A DNA stretch of 64,000 bases from Chloroflexota bacterium (GCA_004297395.1 SCUO01000074.1:13082-77081); one strand, 5' to 3'; counted from the first letter of the stretch, positions 1 through 9,917 are shown. Translations and numbers: made by a program. The notes: generated from the sequence alone by a model not told the origin.

Positions 1-1
1 C

Positions 2-478
2 ATCCCGGACCGGACACGTGCCTGGTTCATGATCCGGAGCGACGACGACGCCGACTTCGAGGCGATGCAGGTTCGCTTCCGCGAGCTTTGCGAGGCGGCG
101 GCGCTCGCCACCGCAACGAGGGTCGAGGTCGAGTTCTCCGGCGGGTCGCGTACGATGCGCACGAATCGAGTCCTGGCCGAGCGTTGGGTGGCGAACGCCG
201 CCGCCTACGGCATCGACGACGAAGGCCCCGATGCCTCGTCCGGAAGCACCGACATGGCCAACGTGTCGTGGGTCTGCCCGACGATCCATCCGGATCTCGC
301 GATCGCACCGTTCCCGACGCCGGGCCACTCGATCCTCTTCCGGGACGCGGCGGCGACACCCCTGGCCGACGAGACTACGCTCATGGCGGCGACCCTCGTC
401 GCGCAGACGGCCTACGACCTGTACTCGGACCCTGAGCTCGTCCAGGCGGCCTGGGCGGAGTTCCGAGCCCGGTCCTGA
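2..478 (+). CDS. M20 family amidohydrolase, C-terminal part (5'-truncated by window edge)
   Basis: Open frame from the window edge; GSTDMANVSW..PTIHP and PGHS motifs typical of the M20/AbgB-like amidohydrolase C-terminus. Confidence 0.8.
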   Translation: MPDRTRAWFMIRSDDDADFEAMQVRFRELCEAAALATATRVEVEFSGGSRTMRTNRVLAERWVANAAAYGIDDEGPDASSGSTDMANVSWVCPTIHPDLAIAPFPTPGHSILFRDAAATPLADETTLMAATLVAQTAYDLYSDPELVQAAWAEFRARS

Positions 479-587
479 TCGGCTACGATGCCGGCGGCGC
501 CCCGCTGGACGGCTGATTCGCACCGGCGGCGTCCCTGGTGAGCGACGCGCGGCCCACCGGCTCCGCGAGCGTCCCCGGAGGAATCGC

Positions 588-1649
588 GTGAGCGAGCGCC
601 CCAGCGACCCGACCAGCGGTCCGGACTTCGCCGCCCTCAACGGCTGGGACCGGGACTTCACCGTCTTCGATGACTTCGACCTGCCGTCGTACGTCGGGCC
701 GGCGACCTTCGCCAAGCTGCCCTGGGTCACCGACCCGGCGGAGCTCCGGGCTCGCGGCGTGGACGTCGCGATCGTCGGGGCGCCGTTCGACGACATGGTG
801 ACCCACCGGCCCGGCGCCAGGTTCGGTCCGCGGGCGATTCGCGAGGCCCAGTACAGCACCGGCTCGTTGCACTCCCTCCAGCTCAGGGTCGAGCCGTTCG
901 AGGTCCTGACGGTCGTCGACGCCGGCGACGCCAACATCGTGCCCGCCTACCACGAGCGGGCCCACGCGATGATCCATCGCAAGGTCCTCGAGGTCGCCGG
1001 CACCGGCGCCATCCCGATCATCCTCGGCGGCGATCACTCGATCACCTGGCCCGCGGCCACCGCGATCGCAGAGGTTCGCCGCCCGTCGAGCGTCGGGATC
1101 GTCCACTTCGATGCCCACGCCGACACCGCGCCAGACAGCTGGGGCCAGATCGCGAGCCACGGCTCGCCGATGCGCCGGCTCATCGAATCCGGCGCCATCG
1201 AGGGCCGAAACTTCGTCCAGGTGGGGCTGCGCGGCTACTGGCCGCCGGTCGACGTCCTCGACTGGATGCGGGATCACGGGCTCCGCTACCACTTCATGAC
1301 CGAGATGGAGGAGCGGGGCTCCGAGGCGGTCATCGCCGACGCTATTGCCGAGGCCCTCGACGGCCCCGAATCGGTCTACCTCTCGGTCGACATCGATGTC
1401 GTCGATCCGGGTCTCGCCCCCGGGACCGGCACGCCCGAGCCCGGCGGGATGCTGACCCGGGAGCTGCTGCGGGCCGTCCGCCAGATCGTCGGCGCGGTCG
1501 ATCTCGCGGGCATGGACATCGTCGAGGTGGCGCCGCCGTATGACTGGGCCGAATCCACGGCCATGATCGCCAACCGGGTCGCCCTCGAGGCGATCTCCGC
1601 CCTCGCGCTGAAGCGCCGGGCGGGGGAGCGCGTTCGCTGGGAGCGCTGA
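588..1649 (+). CDS. speB: Agmatinase / ureohydrolase family
   Basis: GAPFD, GARFGPRAIR, GGDHS, DAHAD, SVDIDVVDP..APGTGTPEPGG motifs; GTG at 588 follows GGAGGA. Confidence 0.85.
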   Translation: MSERPSDPTSGPDFAALNGWDRDFTVFDDFDLPSYVGPATFAKLPWVTDPAELRARGVDVAIVGAPFDDMVTHRPGARFGPRAIREAQYSTGSLHSLQLRVEPFEVLTVVDAGDANIVPAYHERAHAMIHRKVLEVAGTGAIPIILGGDHSITWPAATAIAEVRRPSSVGIVHFDAHADTAPDSWGQIASHGSPMRRLIESGAIEGRNFVQVGLRGYWPPVDVLDWMRDHGLRYHFMTEMEERGSEAVIADAIAEALDGPESVYLSVDIDVVDPGLAPGTGTPEPGGMLTRELLRAVRQIVGAVDLAGMDIVEVAPPYDWAESTAMIANRVALEAISALALKRRAGERVRWER

Positions 1650-2458
1650 GCGCCGGCCATCCGTTCCTGGACCACCCGGGCCCCATCCCGTTCGCCCATC
1701 GCGGCGGGGCCGAGGTCCATCCCGAGAACACGATGGCGGCGTTCGAAGCGGCCGTGGCCCTCGGCTATCGCTACCTCGAGACCGACGTCCACGTCACCGC
1801 CGACGGCGTCCTCATCGCCTTCCACGACGACCGCCTGGATCGGGTGACAGATGGCCATGGGGCCGTGGCCGAGCTGGACTGGGCCGAGGTTCGGCGGGCC
1901 CGTGTCGACGGTCGCGAGCCGATCGTCGAGTTTGGCGAGCTCCTCGTCGCCTTCCCCGAGGCCCGGATCAACGTGGATCCCAAGCACGATGCCGCCGTCC
2001 GCCCGCTCATCGCGGCCGTCCGCGACGCCCGCGCAGCCGAGCGCGTCTGCATTGGCTCGTTCTCGGACGCACGGGTGGCTGAGATCCGGGAGGCATTCGG
2101 CCCCGCCATCTGCACGGCGCTCGGGCCATGGGAGATCGCGGCGCTCCGGGCGGCGGCCTGGGGTGCCCGGCCGTTCCTGGGCCGCCTTCGGCGCCGGCCC
2201 GGTCGCTGCGTCCAGATTCCGCAGCGGGGCCGCTGGGGCCTGCCGCTCGTCGAGCCGCGCCTGATCGCGGCGGCCCACGAGCTGGGCCTGCCGGTCCACG
2301 TCTGGACGGTGAACGGCGCCGCCGAGATGGCCCGGCTCCTGGACCTCGGGGTCGACGGGATCTTCTCCGACGTCCCGGGGGTCCTGAAGGCCGTTCTCAC
2401 CGACCGTGGCGAGTGGCATCCGAGCCCCGGCCAGAGCGCGTCCGGCGCGGACGGGTAG
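1646..2458 (+). CDS. Glycerophosphodiester phosphodiesterase (GDPD)
   Basis: AHRGG..PENT lies upstream of ATG 1733; also ETDVH, HD and VHVWTVN..GVDGIFSD motifs. Start inferred as CTG at 1646, overlapping the speB TGA. Confidence 0.8.
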   Translation: MSAGHPFLDHPGPIPFAHRGGAEVHPENTMAAFEAAVALGYRYLETDVHVTADGVLIAFHDDRLDRVTDGHGAVAELDWAEVRRARVDGREPIVEFGELLVAFPEARINVDPKHDAAVRPLIAAVRDARAAERVCIGSFSDARVAEIREAFGPAICTALGPWEIAALRAAAWGARPFLGRLRRRPGRCVQIPQRGRWGLPLVEPRLIAAAHELGLPVHVWTVNGAAEMARLLDLGVDGIFSDVPGVLKAVLTDRGEWHPSPGQSASGADG

Positions 2459-2469
2459 GATCGGCGGCG

Positions 2470-3315
2470 ATGGACCCCGACACGCCGGGCACGCGAGACG
2501 AGCCCATCACGCCCACCACGCCCACCGCGCCCACCGCGCCCGCCACCGTGGCCGCCGCCCTCGCCCGCCTCTACGACCTCGACCTCCTCGTCGAGCCGGG
2601 CGACCTCGATCTCTACCTCGCGCTCGGCGCCCGTGCCGAGGGGCCGATCGTCGAGCTCGCCGTCGGGACCGGGCGCGTTGCCGTTCCGCTGGCCACGGCC
2701 GGTCATCGGGTCACGGGCGTCGACATCGATCCGGCCATGCTCGCCCGTGCCGAGGCCCGTGCGGACGGGGCCGGACAGGGGACAGCCGGGCGGTTGCGGC
2801 TCGTCCAGGGCGATCTCTTCGCCACCCGCCCCACCGACGAAGCCACGTACGGCCTGGCGATCCTGGCCCTCAACTCGATCCTGCTCCTCGGCGGACCTCG
2901 CGAGCAGCGGCGCGCGATCGGGGTCCTCGCCGGCCTCCTGGCGCCCGGCGGGATCGCGGTTGTCGACGCCTGGCAACCCCTCGCCGAGGACCTGGTCCGC
3001 TTCGATGGCCGGCTGTCCCTGGAGTGGCTGCGCCGCGACGCGGCGACTGGCTCAGACATCCTCAAGCTGGCCGCCGCCTGGTACGACGGCGCCACCCGAA
3101 CGGTGACCCTGACGACGATCTTCGATGAGGCCGCGCCGGGCGAGCAGCCCGTCCGGTGGACCCGGTCGGATGCCCTCCACCTGATCTCGGCCGACGAGCT
3201 CCGGGCACATGCCGAGGACGCCGGCCTGGTCGTCGAGGTCGTGGCCGGCGACTACGAGCTGACCCCGCTCGGACCGGGCGCGGACCGGGCGATCCTCGTC
3301 GCCCGCCGCCCCTGA
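2470..3315 (+). CDS. Class I SAM-dependent methyltransferase
   Basis: IVELAVGTGRV motif I, VTGVDIDPAML, LVQGD, LAPGG; ATG 8 nt after TAGGAT. Confidence 0.85.
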   Translation: MDPDTPGTRDEPITPTTPTAPTAPATVAAALARLYDLDLLVEPGDLDLYLALGARAEGPIVELAVGTGRVAVPLATAGHRVTGVDIDPAMLARAEARADGAGQGTAGRLRLVQGDLFATRPTDEATYGLAILALNSILLLGGPREQRRAIGVLAGLLAPGGIAVVDAWQPLAEDLVRFDGRLSLEWLRRDAATGSDILKLAAAWYDGATRTVTLTTIFDEAAPGEQPVRWTRSDALHLISADELRAHAEDAGLVVEVVAGDYELTPLGPGADRAILVARRP

Positions 3316-3432
3316 GGGCGAGGCGGCGCCCGGCGCACCCGCCCCCTCGGCCCCCGGACTGACGGCGCCCCGTGGGCAGGACTGGTGTCCCGAGGACGTT
3401 CGCCCCGGACCCCGTGGTACCGTTTCGCGGCG

Positions 3433-4584
3433 ATGGCCACGAGCGATCAAGTCCGGCTCCTCCTGATCGAGGACGTTCCCCAGGTTGCCCAGTACGTTCG
3501 GGGCCTCCTGATCTCCCAATCGGCGATCAAGATCCTTGACGTCTTCACCGACGGGTCTCGTGCGGTCGCCCAGATCCCGGAGCTGCGCCCCGATGTCGTC
3601 ATCATCGATGCCCTCCTCCAGGGCCGGATCAAGGGCCTCCAGCTCGTGAAGCAGATCCAGGAGGCCGGCATCGACGTCCCAGTCATCGTCCTGACGGTGC
3701 CCCAGCAGCCGGTCGATCCGGATCCGGCCAAGGGCATTCACGGCGTTCTGTCGATGCCGTTCTCGGGCTACGACCTGATCAGCCGGGTCAACCAGGTCCA
3801 CAAGGAGCACCAGCACACCGGCGACCACGGGGCGTCCCAGACCATCGCCGTGTTCGCCCCGAAGGGCGGCGTCGGGCGGACGACCATCGCCTTCAACCTG
3901 GCGGTGGCCACGGCCAAGGTTGGGGCGAAGACCGTCCTCATCGATGGCAGCATCCAGTTCGCCGACTTGCGGGCCCTCCTCCGGGTGCCCGCCGACGCGC
4001 CCTCGATCCTCGACCTGCCCACCGACCGGGTCGTCGAATCGGACCTCGGCGAGGTCCTGTGGCGCGATCCGTCGGGGATCGACATCCTGCTCGCCCCACC
4101 CCGGATCGAGATGGCCGAGATGGTCACGCTGCGTGACCTCGAGAAGGTCCTGTCGATCCTGCGGCGCCTCTACGACGTGGTGATCATCGACATGTCGGTG
4201 GCCCTCGACGAGATCAATCTCGCCCTCCTCGATCGGGCCGATGTCATCCTCGAGCTCGTCACCTACGACTCGACCACGATCCACAACACCATCGCCCTGG
4301 CGGACACGTTCCGGGTCATCGGCTACTCGCCGGCCAAGGTCCAGTACGTCGTCAACCGGGCCGACGCGAACGCCGGCATCGATCCCGCCGACCTCACCCG
4401 GGCCCTGGGGCGGGTTCCCGAGCATCTCGTCCGGTCGGAGGGCGCCGTCGTCGTCCCGGCCAACAACCAGGGGGTTCCGTTCGTCCTCTCGAACCCCGAG
4501 GCCGGGGTCAGCCAGGACGTCGAGCGAATCGCGGCTTCGCTGCTCGCCGCCGGCCGGGCCCCGGTGGCCGCCGGCGCCCGCTGA
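3433..4584 (+). CDS. Receiver domain + MinD/ParA-like ATPase fusion (CpaE/TadZ-like)
   Basis: N-terminal REC (LLLIED, VVIID); deviant Walker A PKGGVGRTT; IDGSIQFAD, VVNRA, ANNQGVPFV. Confidence 0.8.
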   Translation: MATSDQVRLLLIEDVPQVAQYVRGLLISQSAIKILDVFTDGSRAVAQIPELRPDVVIIDALLQGRIKGLQLVKQIQEAGIDVPVIVLTVPQQPVDPDPAKGIHGVLSMPFSGYDLISRVNQVHKEHQHTGDHGASQTIAVFAPKGGVGRTTIAFNLAVATAKVGAKTVLIDGSIQFADLRALLRVPADAPSILDLPTDRVVESDLGEVLWRDPSGIDILLAPPRIEMAEMVTLRDLEKVLSILRRLYDVVIIDMSVALDEINLALLDRADVILELVTYDSTTIHNTIALADTFRVIGYSPAKVQYVVNRADANAGIDPADLTRALGRVPEHLVRSEGAVVVPANNQGVPFVLSNPEAGVSQDVERIAASLLAAGRAPVAAGAR

Positions 4585-4595
4585 TCGGGGCGCGG

Positions 4596-5573
4596 ATGTC
4601 CGATCCTCGCCCGATCGGGGTCTTCGACTCCGGCGTCGGCGGGCTGACGGTCCTTCGCGAGATCCTGCGGCGCAGTCCCGCCGAATCCACGATCTACCTG
4701 GGCGACAACGCCCGGGCGCCGTACGGCACCCGCAGCGACGACGAGGTCCGGGCCTTCAGTACCGAATCCATCGACGCCCTCGTCGAGCGCGATGTCAAGG
4801 CGATCGTCGTGGCCTGCAACACCTCCACCGCGGTCGCCATCGGCGACCTCCGGCGGCGCTATGACCTGCCGGTCCTGGGCGTCATCCGGCCCGGCGCCGT
4901 CACGGCGTCGCTCACCACCCGCAACCGGCGGGTCGGGGTGATCGCAACCCCGGCCACGATCCGCTCCCACGCCTACTTCTCGGCCATCAAGGACGAGAAT
5001 CCGGCGGTCGAGGTCTACGAGCACGCGACCCCGGCCCTCGTCCCGATGGTCGAGGCGGGACGGCTCTCGGGACCGGACGTGGAGGCGGTGGTGGCGGAGG
5101 CGCTGGCGCCGCTCCTCGGCGAGCGCGATGCGGCCGGCGAGTTCGTCTTCCCGCTGCCGCCCTCGGCCCGGGTCGACACGCTCCTTCTCGGCTGCACCCA
5201 CTATCCGCTCCTGCGACCGGTGCTCACGGCCATCGCCGGCGACCGGATCGCGATCGTCGATTCAGCGTCGGCCACGGCCTCGGCCCTGTCGGAGCTGCTG
5301 TCGATCAACGGCCTCGAGGCGCCGGGCAGCAGCCGCGGAACGGCGGCCGACCCGGGTCACGAGGGCCATGACGCGCCGGCCGGGCGGGAATCGGAACCAA
5401 CCCACATTCAGCTCACGACCGGCGACATCGATGCCTTCCGGGCGATCGCGGGCCGGATGTTCGGCGACGGGTTCCCTGACGTCGCGGGGATCGAGGTCGG
5501 GGGCGGAGCGCGCGGCGGTGGTCCTCGGGCCGATGGCGAGGCTCGCCCGGCCCGCGCCGGAGCCTCGCGATGA
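4596..5573 (+). CDS. murI: Glutamate racemase
   Basis: IGVFDSGVGGLTV, PYG, VACNT, LGCTHYP. Confidence 0.95.
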   Translation: MSDPRPIGVFDSGVGGLTVLREILRRSPAESTIYLGDNARAPYGTRSDDEVRAFSTESIDALVERDVKAIVVACNTSTAVAIGDLRRRYDLPVLGVIRPGAVTASLTTRNRRVGVIATPATIRSHAYFSAIKDENPAVEVYEHATPALVPMVEAGRLSGPDVEAVVAEALAPLLGERDAAGEFVFPLPPSARVDTLLLGCTHYPLLRPVLTAIAGDRIAIVDSASATASALSELLSINGLEAPGSSRGTAADPGHEGHDAPAGRESEPTHIQLTTGDIDAFRAIAGRMFGDGFPDVAGIEVGGGARGGGPRADGEARPARAGASR

Positions 5574-6847
5574 CCCGCTCGAATCCGCCCGGCGCCGCCG
5601 GCCGGCGCGGGCCCGACTGGGCCGCCGACCGGCGCTGGCAGGCCGGCTTCCTGATCGGCTCGGCACTCGGCGTCGCGGCGACGGTCATCGGCCGGCGGGC
5701 CGAGCGGTCCGCGAGGCGCGGGCTCGTCGACTGGGCCGACGTCGAGCGCCTTGCCGTGGCCCGGGCATCGTCCGCCCCCGGAGCCCTGACCGCGCTCGAG
5801 CTGCGAGCCGCCGAGAGCGCCTATCGCGAGGCCATGGCCGCGGTCGTTCCGCGCCTGTCCGAGGCCCTGGGAACGCCCCTGCCCGGGGTCGTCGAGCGGG
5901 CGATCGTCGTGGACCGGGCCGGCTGGGTCCGGGCCAACGTGGCGACGTTCCGGTCGCTCATCACCCGGATCGAGGACGACCTCCTGGCCCAGGTCGTGCG
6001 CCCGGGTGGCGGCTTCGCGTCGGCGGCCATGGTCATCGCCAACCGTTGGGTCACGACCCGCCAGATGGGGTTCCTGCTCGGCTTCATGGGCACCCGCGTC
6101 CTCGGCCAGTACGACCTCGCGCTGCTCTCGGCCGAGGCCGAGGACGGGCGGCTGCTGTTCGTCGAGGAGAACATCCGGGCCACCGCCCGGGCCCTCGACG
6201 TCCCGGTCGGGCCGTTCCGGACCTGGATCGCCCTCCACGAGACGACCCACGCCTTCGAGTTCGAGGGCCACCCCTGGCTGCGCGGCTACCTGGCCGAGCG
6301 CCTCGAGAAGCAGCTGTCCCTCTTCAGCGGCTCGACGTCATCGCTCGGCCGCGACGCGATGCGGGCGCTGGGCCGGACGCTCCGCGGCGAGGGCACGCCC
6401 GGCGAGCACTGGATGGAGCGCCTGATGGGCCCGGAGCAGCGGCAGCTGTTCCGGGAGACCCAGGCTGTCATGAGCCTGCTCGAAGGCTTCAGCGACTACG
6501 TCATGGACGAGGTCGGGGTCGGCCTGGTGCCGGGCGTGGAGCGGATCTCGGCGCGGTTCCACGAGCGCCGCGAGCACCGCACCGGGTTCGAGCGGGCCGT
6601 CCTCCGGCTGACCGGGATGGACCTCAAGATGGAGCAGTACAAGCGCGGTGAGGCGTTCGTCCGGGCCGTCGCCGAGGCCCGCGGGCGGGCCGCGCTCGAC
6701 CGGATCTGGACGTCGCCGGTGACGCTCCCGACGGCCGAGGAGATCTCGGCGCCGGCACGCTGGATCGCTCGCGTGCTCGATGGGTCAAGTGCCGGGGCAG
6801 GGGCCGAAGGCACCGCCGGCGGACGCGCCACCGGGTTCGACGGATGA
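5570..6847 (+). CDS. Zinc-dependent metalloprotease (zincin-like; F420-biosynthesis-associated-protein-like family)
   Basis: VLGQYD, WIALHETTH (HExxH), MSLLEGFSDYVMD, KMEQYKRGEAFV; ATGA overlap with murI. Confidence 0.8.
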   Translation: MTRSNPPGAAGRRGPDWAADRRWQAGFLIGSALGVAATVIGRRAERSARRGLVDWADVERLAVARASSAPGALTALELRAAESAYREAMAAVVPRLSEALGTPLPGVVERAIVVDRAGWVRANVATFRSLITRIEDDLLAQVVRPGGGFASAAMVIANRWVTTRQMGFLLGFMGTRVLGQYDLALLSAEAEDGRLLFVEENIRATARALDVPVGPFRTWIALHETTHAFEFEGHPWLRGYLAERLEKQLSLFSGSTSSLGRDAMRALGRTLRGEGTPGEHWMERLMGPEQRQLFRETQAVMSLLEGFSDYVMDEVGVGLVPGVERISARFHERREHRTGFERAVLRLTGMDLKMEQYKRGEAFVRAVAEARGRAALDRIWTSPVTLPTAEEISAPARWIARVLDGSSAGAGAEGTAGGRATGFDG

Positions 6848-7917
6848 GCGAGGAGCGAGCCCGACCCGCCGCCTCGCCGGGACCTGGCAGTGGACCCGGC
6901 GGTGTTCCCGCCGCGGTTGCGGTCAGCCCGATCCTGTCGGCTCGCATCCGGGCCGGTGACCTCGAGCGGATCCGGGCCGCCGCGCCCGGGGCACGGATCG
7001 TCAACCTCTCGGTCGAGGGCCTGGCCGACAGCCCGGTCGAGGACATCGAGGTCGTCCTCCGCGGGTGGCTCAGCTCGGAAGCCTTCGATCGCCTGGTCGC
7101 CCGGGCGCCGCGGCTGACCTGGGTCCATTCCGCGACGTCGGGCGTGGAGCGGGCCCTGACGCCGGCGGCCCGTGAGCGCGGCATCGTCGTGACGAACGCT
7201 CGCGGGGTCTTCACCCGCCCGATCGCCGAGCACGTCCTCATGCTCATCCTCGCGATCAGCCGCCGGCTGCCCCAGCTCCTCGAGCTCCAGCGCGAGCGGA
7301 CCTGGCAGCCGCTCGAGGGCGTCGAGCTCCGCGAGCTGACCGTCGGGATCGTGGGCTACGGCTCCATCGGGCGCGCGGTCGCGTCGCTGGCGGGGGCCTT
7401 CGGCGCGCGGGTCATCGCCCTGCGGCGGAACGTCTCGGGCCCGCCACCGGCGGCGGCGGACGGGAGCGATGAGACGTTCCCGTTCGAGCCCGCCCCGGAG
7501 CGGATCGTCGGCCCGGACGGCCTCCACGAGCTGCTCGGCGCGTCCGATGTCGTCGTCCTGGCGGCGCCCCTGACGCCGGAGACCGAGGCGATGATCGATG
7601 ACGCAGCGCTGGCCGCGATGCGACCCGACGCCTGGCTCATCAACGTTGCCCGGGGTCGCCTGGTGGACGACCGGGCGCTCCTCCGGGCGCTGGGGGAGGG
7701 CAGGATCGGCGGTGCCGCACTCGACACCTTCCGCGAGGAGCCGCTGCCCTCGTCGTCGCCGTACTACGACCTCCAGAACGTCATCGTCACGCCCCACACC
7801 TCGTGGTCCAGCGCCCGCGTCCTCGATCGGAGCATCGAGCTGTTCTGCGACAACCTCCGCCGTTACGCAGCGGGCCAGCCCCTCCGCAACGTCGTCGACC
7901 CCGGCGCGGGGTACTGA
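6844..7917 (+). CDS. D-2-hydroxyacid dehydrogenase
   Basis: GIVGYGSIG Rossmann motif, INVARG, AALD..EEPL, TPH. Confidence 0.9.
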   Translation: MSEERARPAASPGPGSGPGGVPAAVAVSPILSARIRAGDLERIRAAAPGARIVNLSVEGLADSPVEDIEVVLRGWLSSEAFDRLVARAPRLTWVHSATSGVERALTPAARERGIVVTNARGVFTRPIAEHVLMLILAISRRLPQLLELQRERTWQPLEGVELRELTVGIVGYGSIGRAVASLAGAFGARVIALRRNVSGPPPAAADGSDETFPFEPAPERIVGPDGLHELLGASDVVVLAAPLTPETEAMIDDAALAAMRPDAWLINVARGRLVDDRALLRALGEGRIGGAALDTFREEPLPSSSPYYDLQNVIVTPHTSWSSARVLDRSIELFCDNLRRYAAGQPLRNVVDPGAGY

Positions 7918-8077
7918 CGATCGCTCGCGACCGGATCCGAAACGTCACGCCACGCGATCCGGCGTGAGTCTTTGACAGCGCTGCAACCCCTGGGACCCTC
8001 CGCCTGGAGCGCGGCGAGTTCGTCCATAGCAACATTGGCGTCTGACCTTGTCGTTCCAAAGCCGAGAGGTTCGACCA

Positions 8078-8617
8078 ATGACGCGACTGCGCCCTAGCCT
8101 TTCCTTCACCCTGATCGCGGTTCTGGCCGTGGCGGGCTGCACGACACCGGCGGCTTCAGCGACGCTCGCGCCCGGAGCCTCGGGGAGCGCGGCGCCAACC
8201 GCGCCCGTAGCCTCGCCCGGCCTCACGATCGACCTGACGGGACTGGATGTCTGCTCGCTCCTGGACGAGGGGGCGGTCCGGGCGCTGACCGGGTGGCCGG
8301 CGGACGTTGGGATCACGAGCGACGCCGGCGGACCCAACCCGGTCAAGTGCTTCTGGGGCGCAACCCAGGCGGGTGTCCCTGGGTACGTGGAGATCGCGAT
8401 CGGCCGGACGACGGGTCTACCGCCCCATTCTGACTGCTCGATCGTCCCCGTGACTGACATCGGGACCGAGGCCCAGATGGCGACCTGTCCCGGCGACAAC
8501 ATCTTCGTCGAAGCCTTCGAAGGCGGCGTGCTCTTCTCGCTCCAGGTCCAGTCGAAGACACCCGGCGACCTGGCCGCGGTTCTGATGAGCGTCCTGAACG
8601 CGGTCACATCAAGGTGA
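8078..8617 (+). CDS. Putative lipoprotein, unknown function
   Basis: Basic N-terminus, hydrophobic stretch and LAVAG-C lipobox; Ala/Pro linker; domain with 4 Cys (DVCSLL). Confidence 0.65.
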   Translation: MTRLRPSLSFTLIAVLAVAGCTTPAASATLAPGASGSAAPTAPVASPGLTIDLTGLDVCSLLDEGAVRALTGWPADVGITSDAGGPNPVKCFWGATQAGVPGYVEIAIGRTTGLPPHSDCSIVPVTDIGTEAQMATCPGDNIFVEAFEGGVLFSLQVQSKTPGDLAAVLMSVLNAVTSR

Positions 8618-8786
8618 GCGCGGACACGAGGCCGCAGGGCCGGGATGGGAAGGTGTCGTCGCGCGAGCCGTGAGCCGACGCTCCAGGTCATCCGAATACG
8701 GTCGGCGGACCCTGGACACAGCGGAGGCATGGTGAGCGGGCGTGCCGGAGCGGCCCCGGCATCCCTGTGTCACGATTCGCGGCGAG

Positions 8787-9890
8787 ATGCAGATTGCGAT
8801 CGTGGGTCTGGCCGGGAGTGGCAAGACGACCGTCTTCAACACGCTCACCCGAGGTCATGCGGAGACCGGCGGGTTCGGCGGCCTGACCCTAAATGTCGGC
8901 GTGGTCAAAGTGCCCGACGAGCGCCTCGACAAGCTGGCGGCGATCTTCAAGCCCAAGAAGATCGTCCAGGCCGATGTCACGTACGTGGACTTGCCGGCGC
9001 CGCCGGCCTCGAGCGAGGGTCACGTCGGGACGGAGGAGCTGCCGGCCGAGCACCTCGCGCGGCTGCGGGACTCGGACGCGCTGCTCCATGTCGTTCGCGC
9101 GTTCGAGGATCCGTCCGTGCCGCATCCGGACGGCGAGGTCGACCCGGCCCGCGACCTCGAGCGCCTGGACCTCGAGTTCATCCTGGCCGACCTGTCGATG
9201 GTCGACCGCCGACTGGAGCGGCTTGGCTCGTCGGGCCGCCACGGGACCCCGGCGGAACGGGAGGCCAACGAGCGGGAGGAGGTCATCCTTCGACGGCTCA
9301 AGGAGGGACTCGACGCCGGCCGCCCGATCCGGGATCTCGGCCTCGATGCCGACGACGCCAAGGCGATCCGGGGCTTCCGGTTCCTGACCGAGAAGCCCGT
9401 CCTCGTGCTTCTCAACATCGGCGAGCGCGACATCGCGACCGCGCCCACCCTCGTCGAGCGGATCGCCGCCGCCTACGCGCATGAGCACGCCCTCGTCGAG
9501 GCCCTCTCGGCCAAGATCGAGATGGAGCTCGGCGAGCTGGAGCCGGACGAGGCCGCGGTCTTCATGGAGGAGCTCGGCATCGCCGAATCGGGGCTCGGGC
9601 GGGTGATCCACCTCTCCTACCAGCTTCTGGGCCTGATCTCGTTCCTCACCGCCGGGCCCGACGAGGTCCGGGCCTGGCCGGTGCCGGACGGGAGCTCCGC
9701 GGTGGATGCCGCGGGCGCGATCCACACCGACCTCGCGCGGGGCTTCATCCGGGCCGAAACCGTGGCCTACGAGGACCTCCTGGCGCTCGGCTCGATGGCC
9801 GAGGCGCGAAAGCACGGCCGCCTGCGTTCGGAGGGGAAGACCTACCGGGTCCGGGACGGGGACGTCCTCGAGATCCTCTTCAGCCGCTGA
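8787..9890 (+). CDS. ychF: YchF/Obg-like ATPase (divergent)
   Basis: IVGLAGSGKTT, VKVPDERLD, LHVVRAF, LTEKP..NIGE, AAGAIHTDLARGFIRAE, EGKTY.V.DGD (TGS domain). Confidence 0.85.
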   Translation: MQIAIVGLAGSGKTTVFNTLTRGHAETGGFGGLTLNVGVVKVPDERLDKLAAIFKPKKIVQADVTYVDLPAPPASSEGHVGTEELPAEHLARLRDSDALLHVVRAFEDPSVPHPDGEVDPARDLERLDLEFILADLSMVDRRLERLGSSGRHGTPAEREANEREEVILRRLKEGLDAGRPIRDLGLDADDAKAIRGFRFLTEKPVLVLLNIGERDIATAPTLVERIAAAYAHEHALVEALSAKIEMELGELEPDEAAVFMEELGIAESGLGRVIHLSYQLLGLISFLTAGPDEVRAWPVPDGSSAVDAAGAIHTDLARGFIRAETVAYEDLLALGSMAEARKHGRLRSEGKTYRVRDGDVLEILFSR

Positions 9891-9917
9891 CGGCGGCTCC
9901 GGTTGGGCGCGCCGGGA

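Noticed and set aside
2509-2550. 9-bp CCCACCGCG repeats and other short in-frame repeats (femX N-terminus, xerC tail, 26740-26800)
   Set aside because: Low-complexity Pro/Ala/Thr linkers; in frame, with no sign of phase variation
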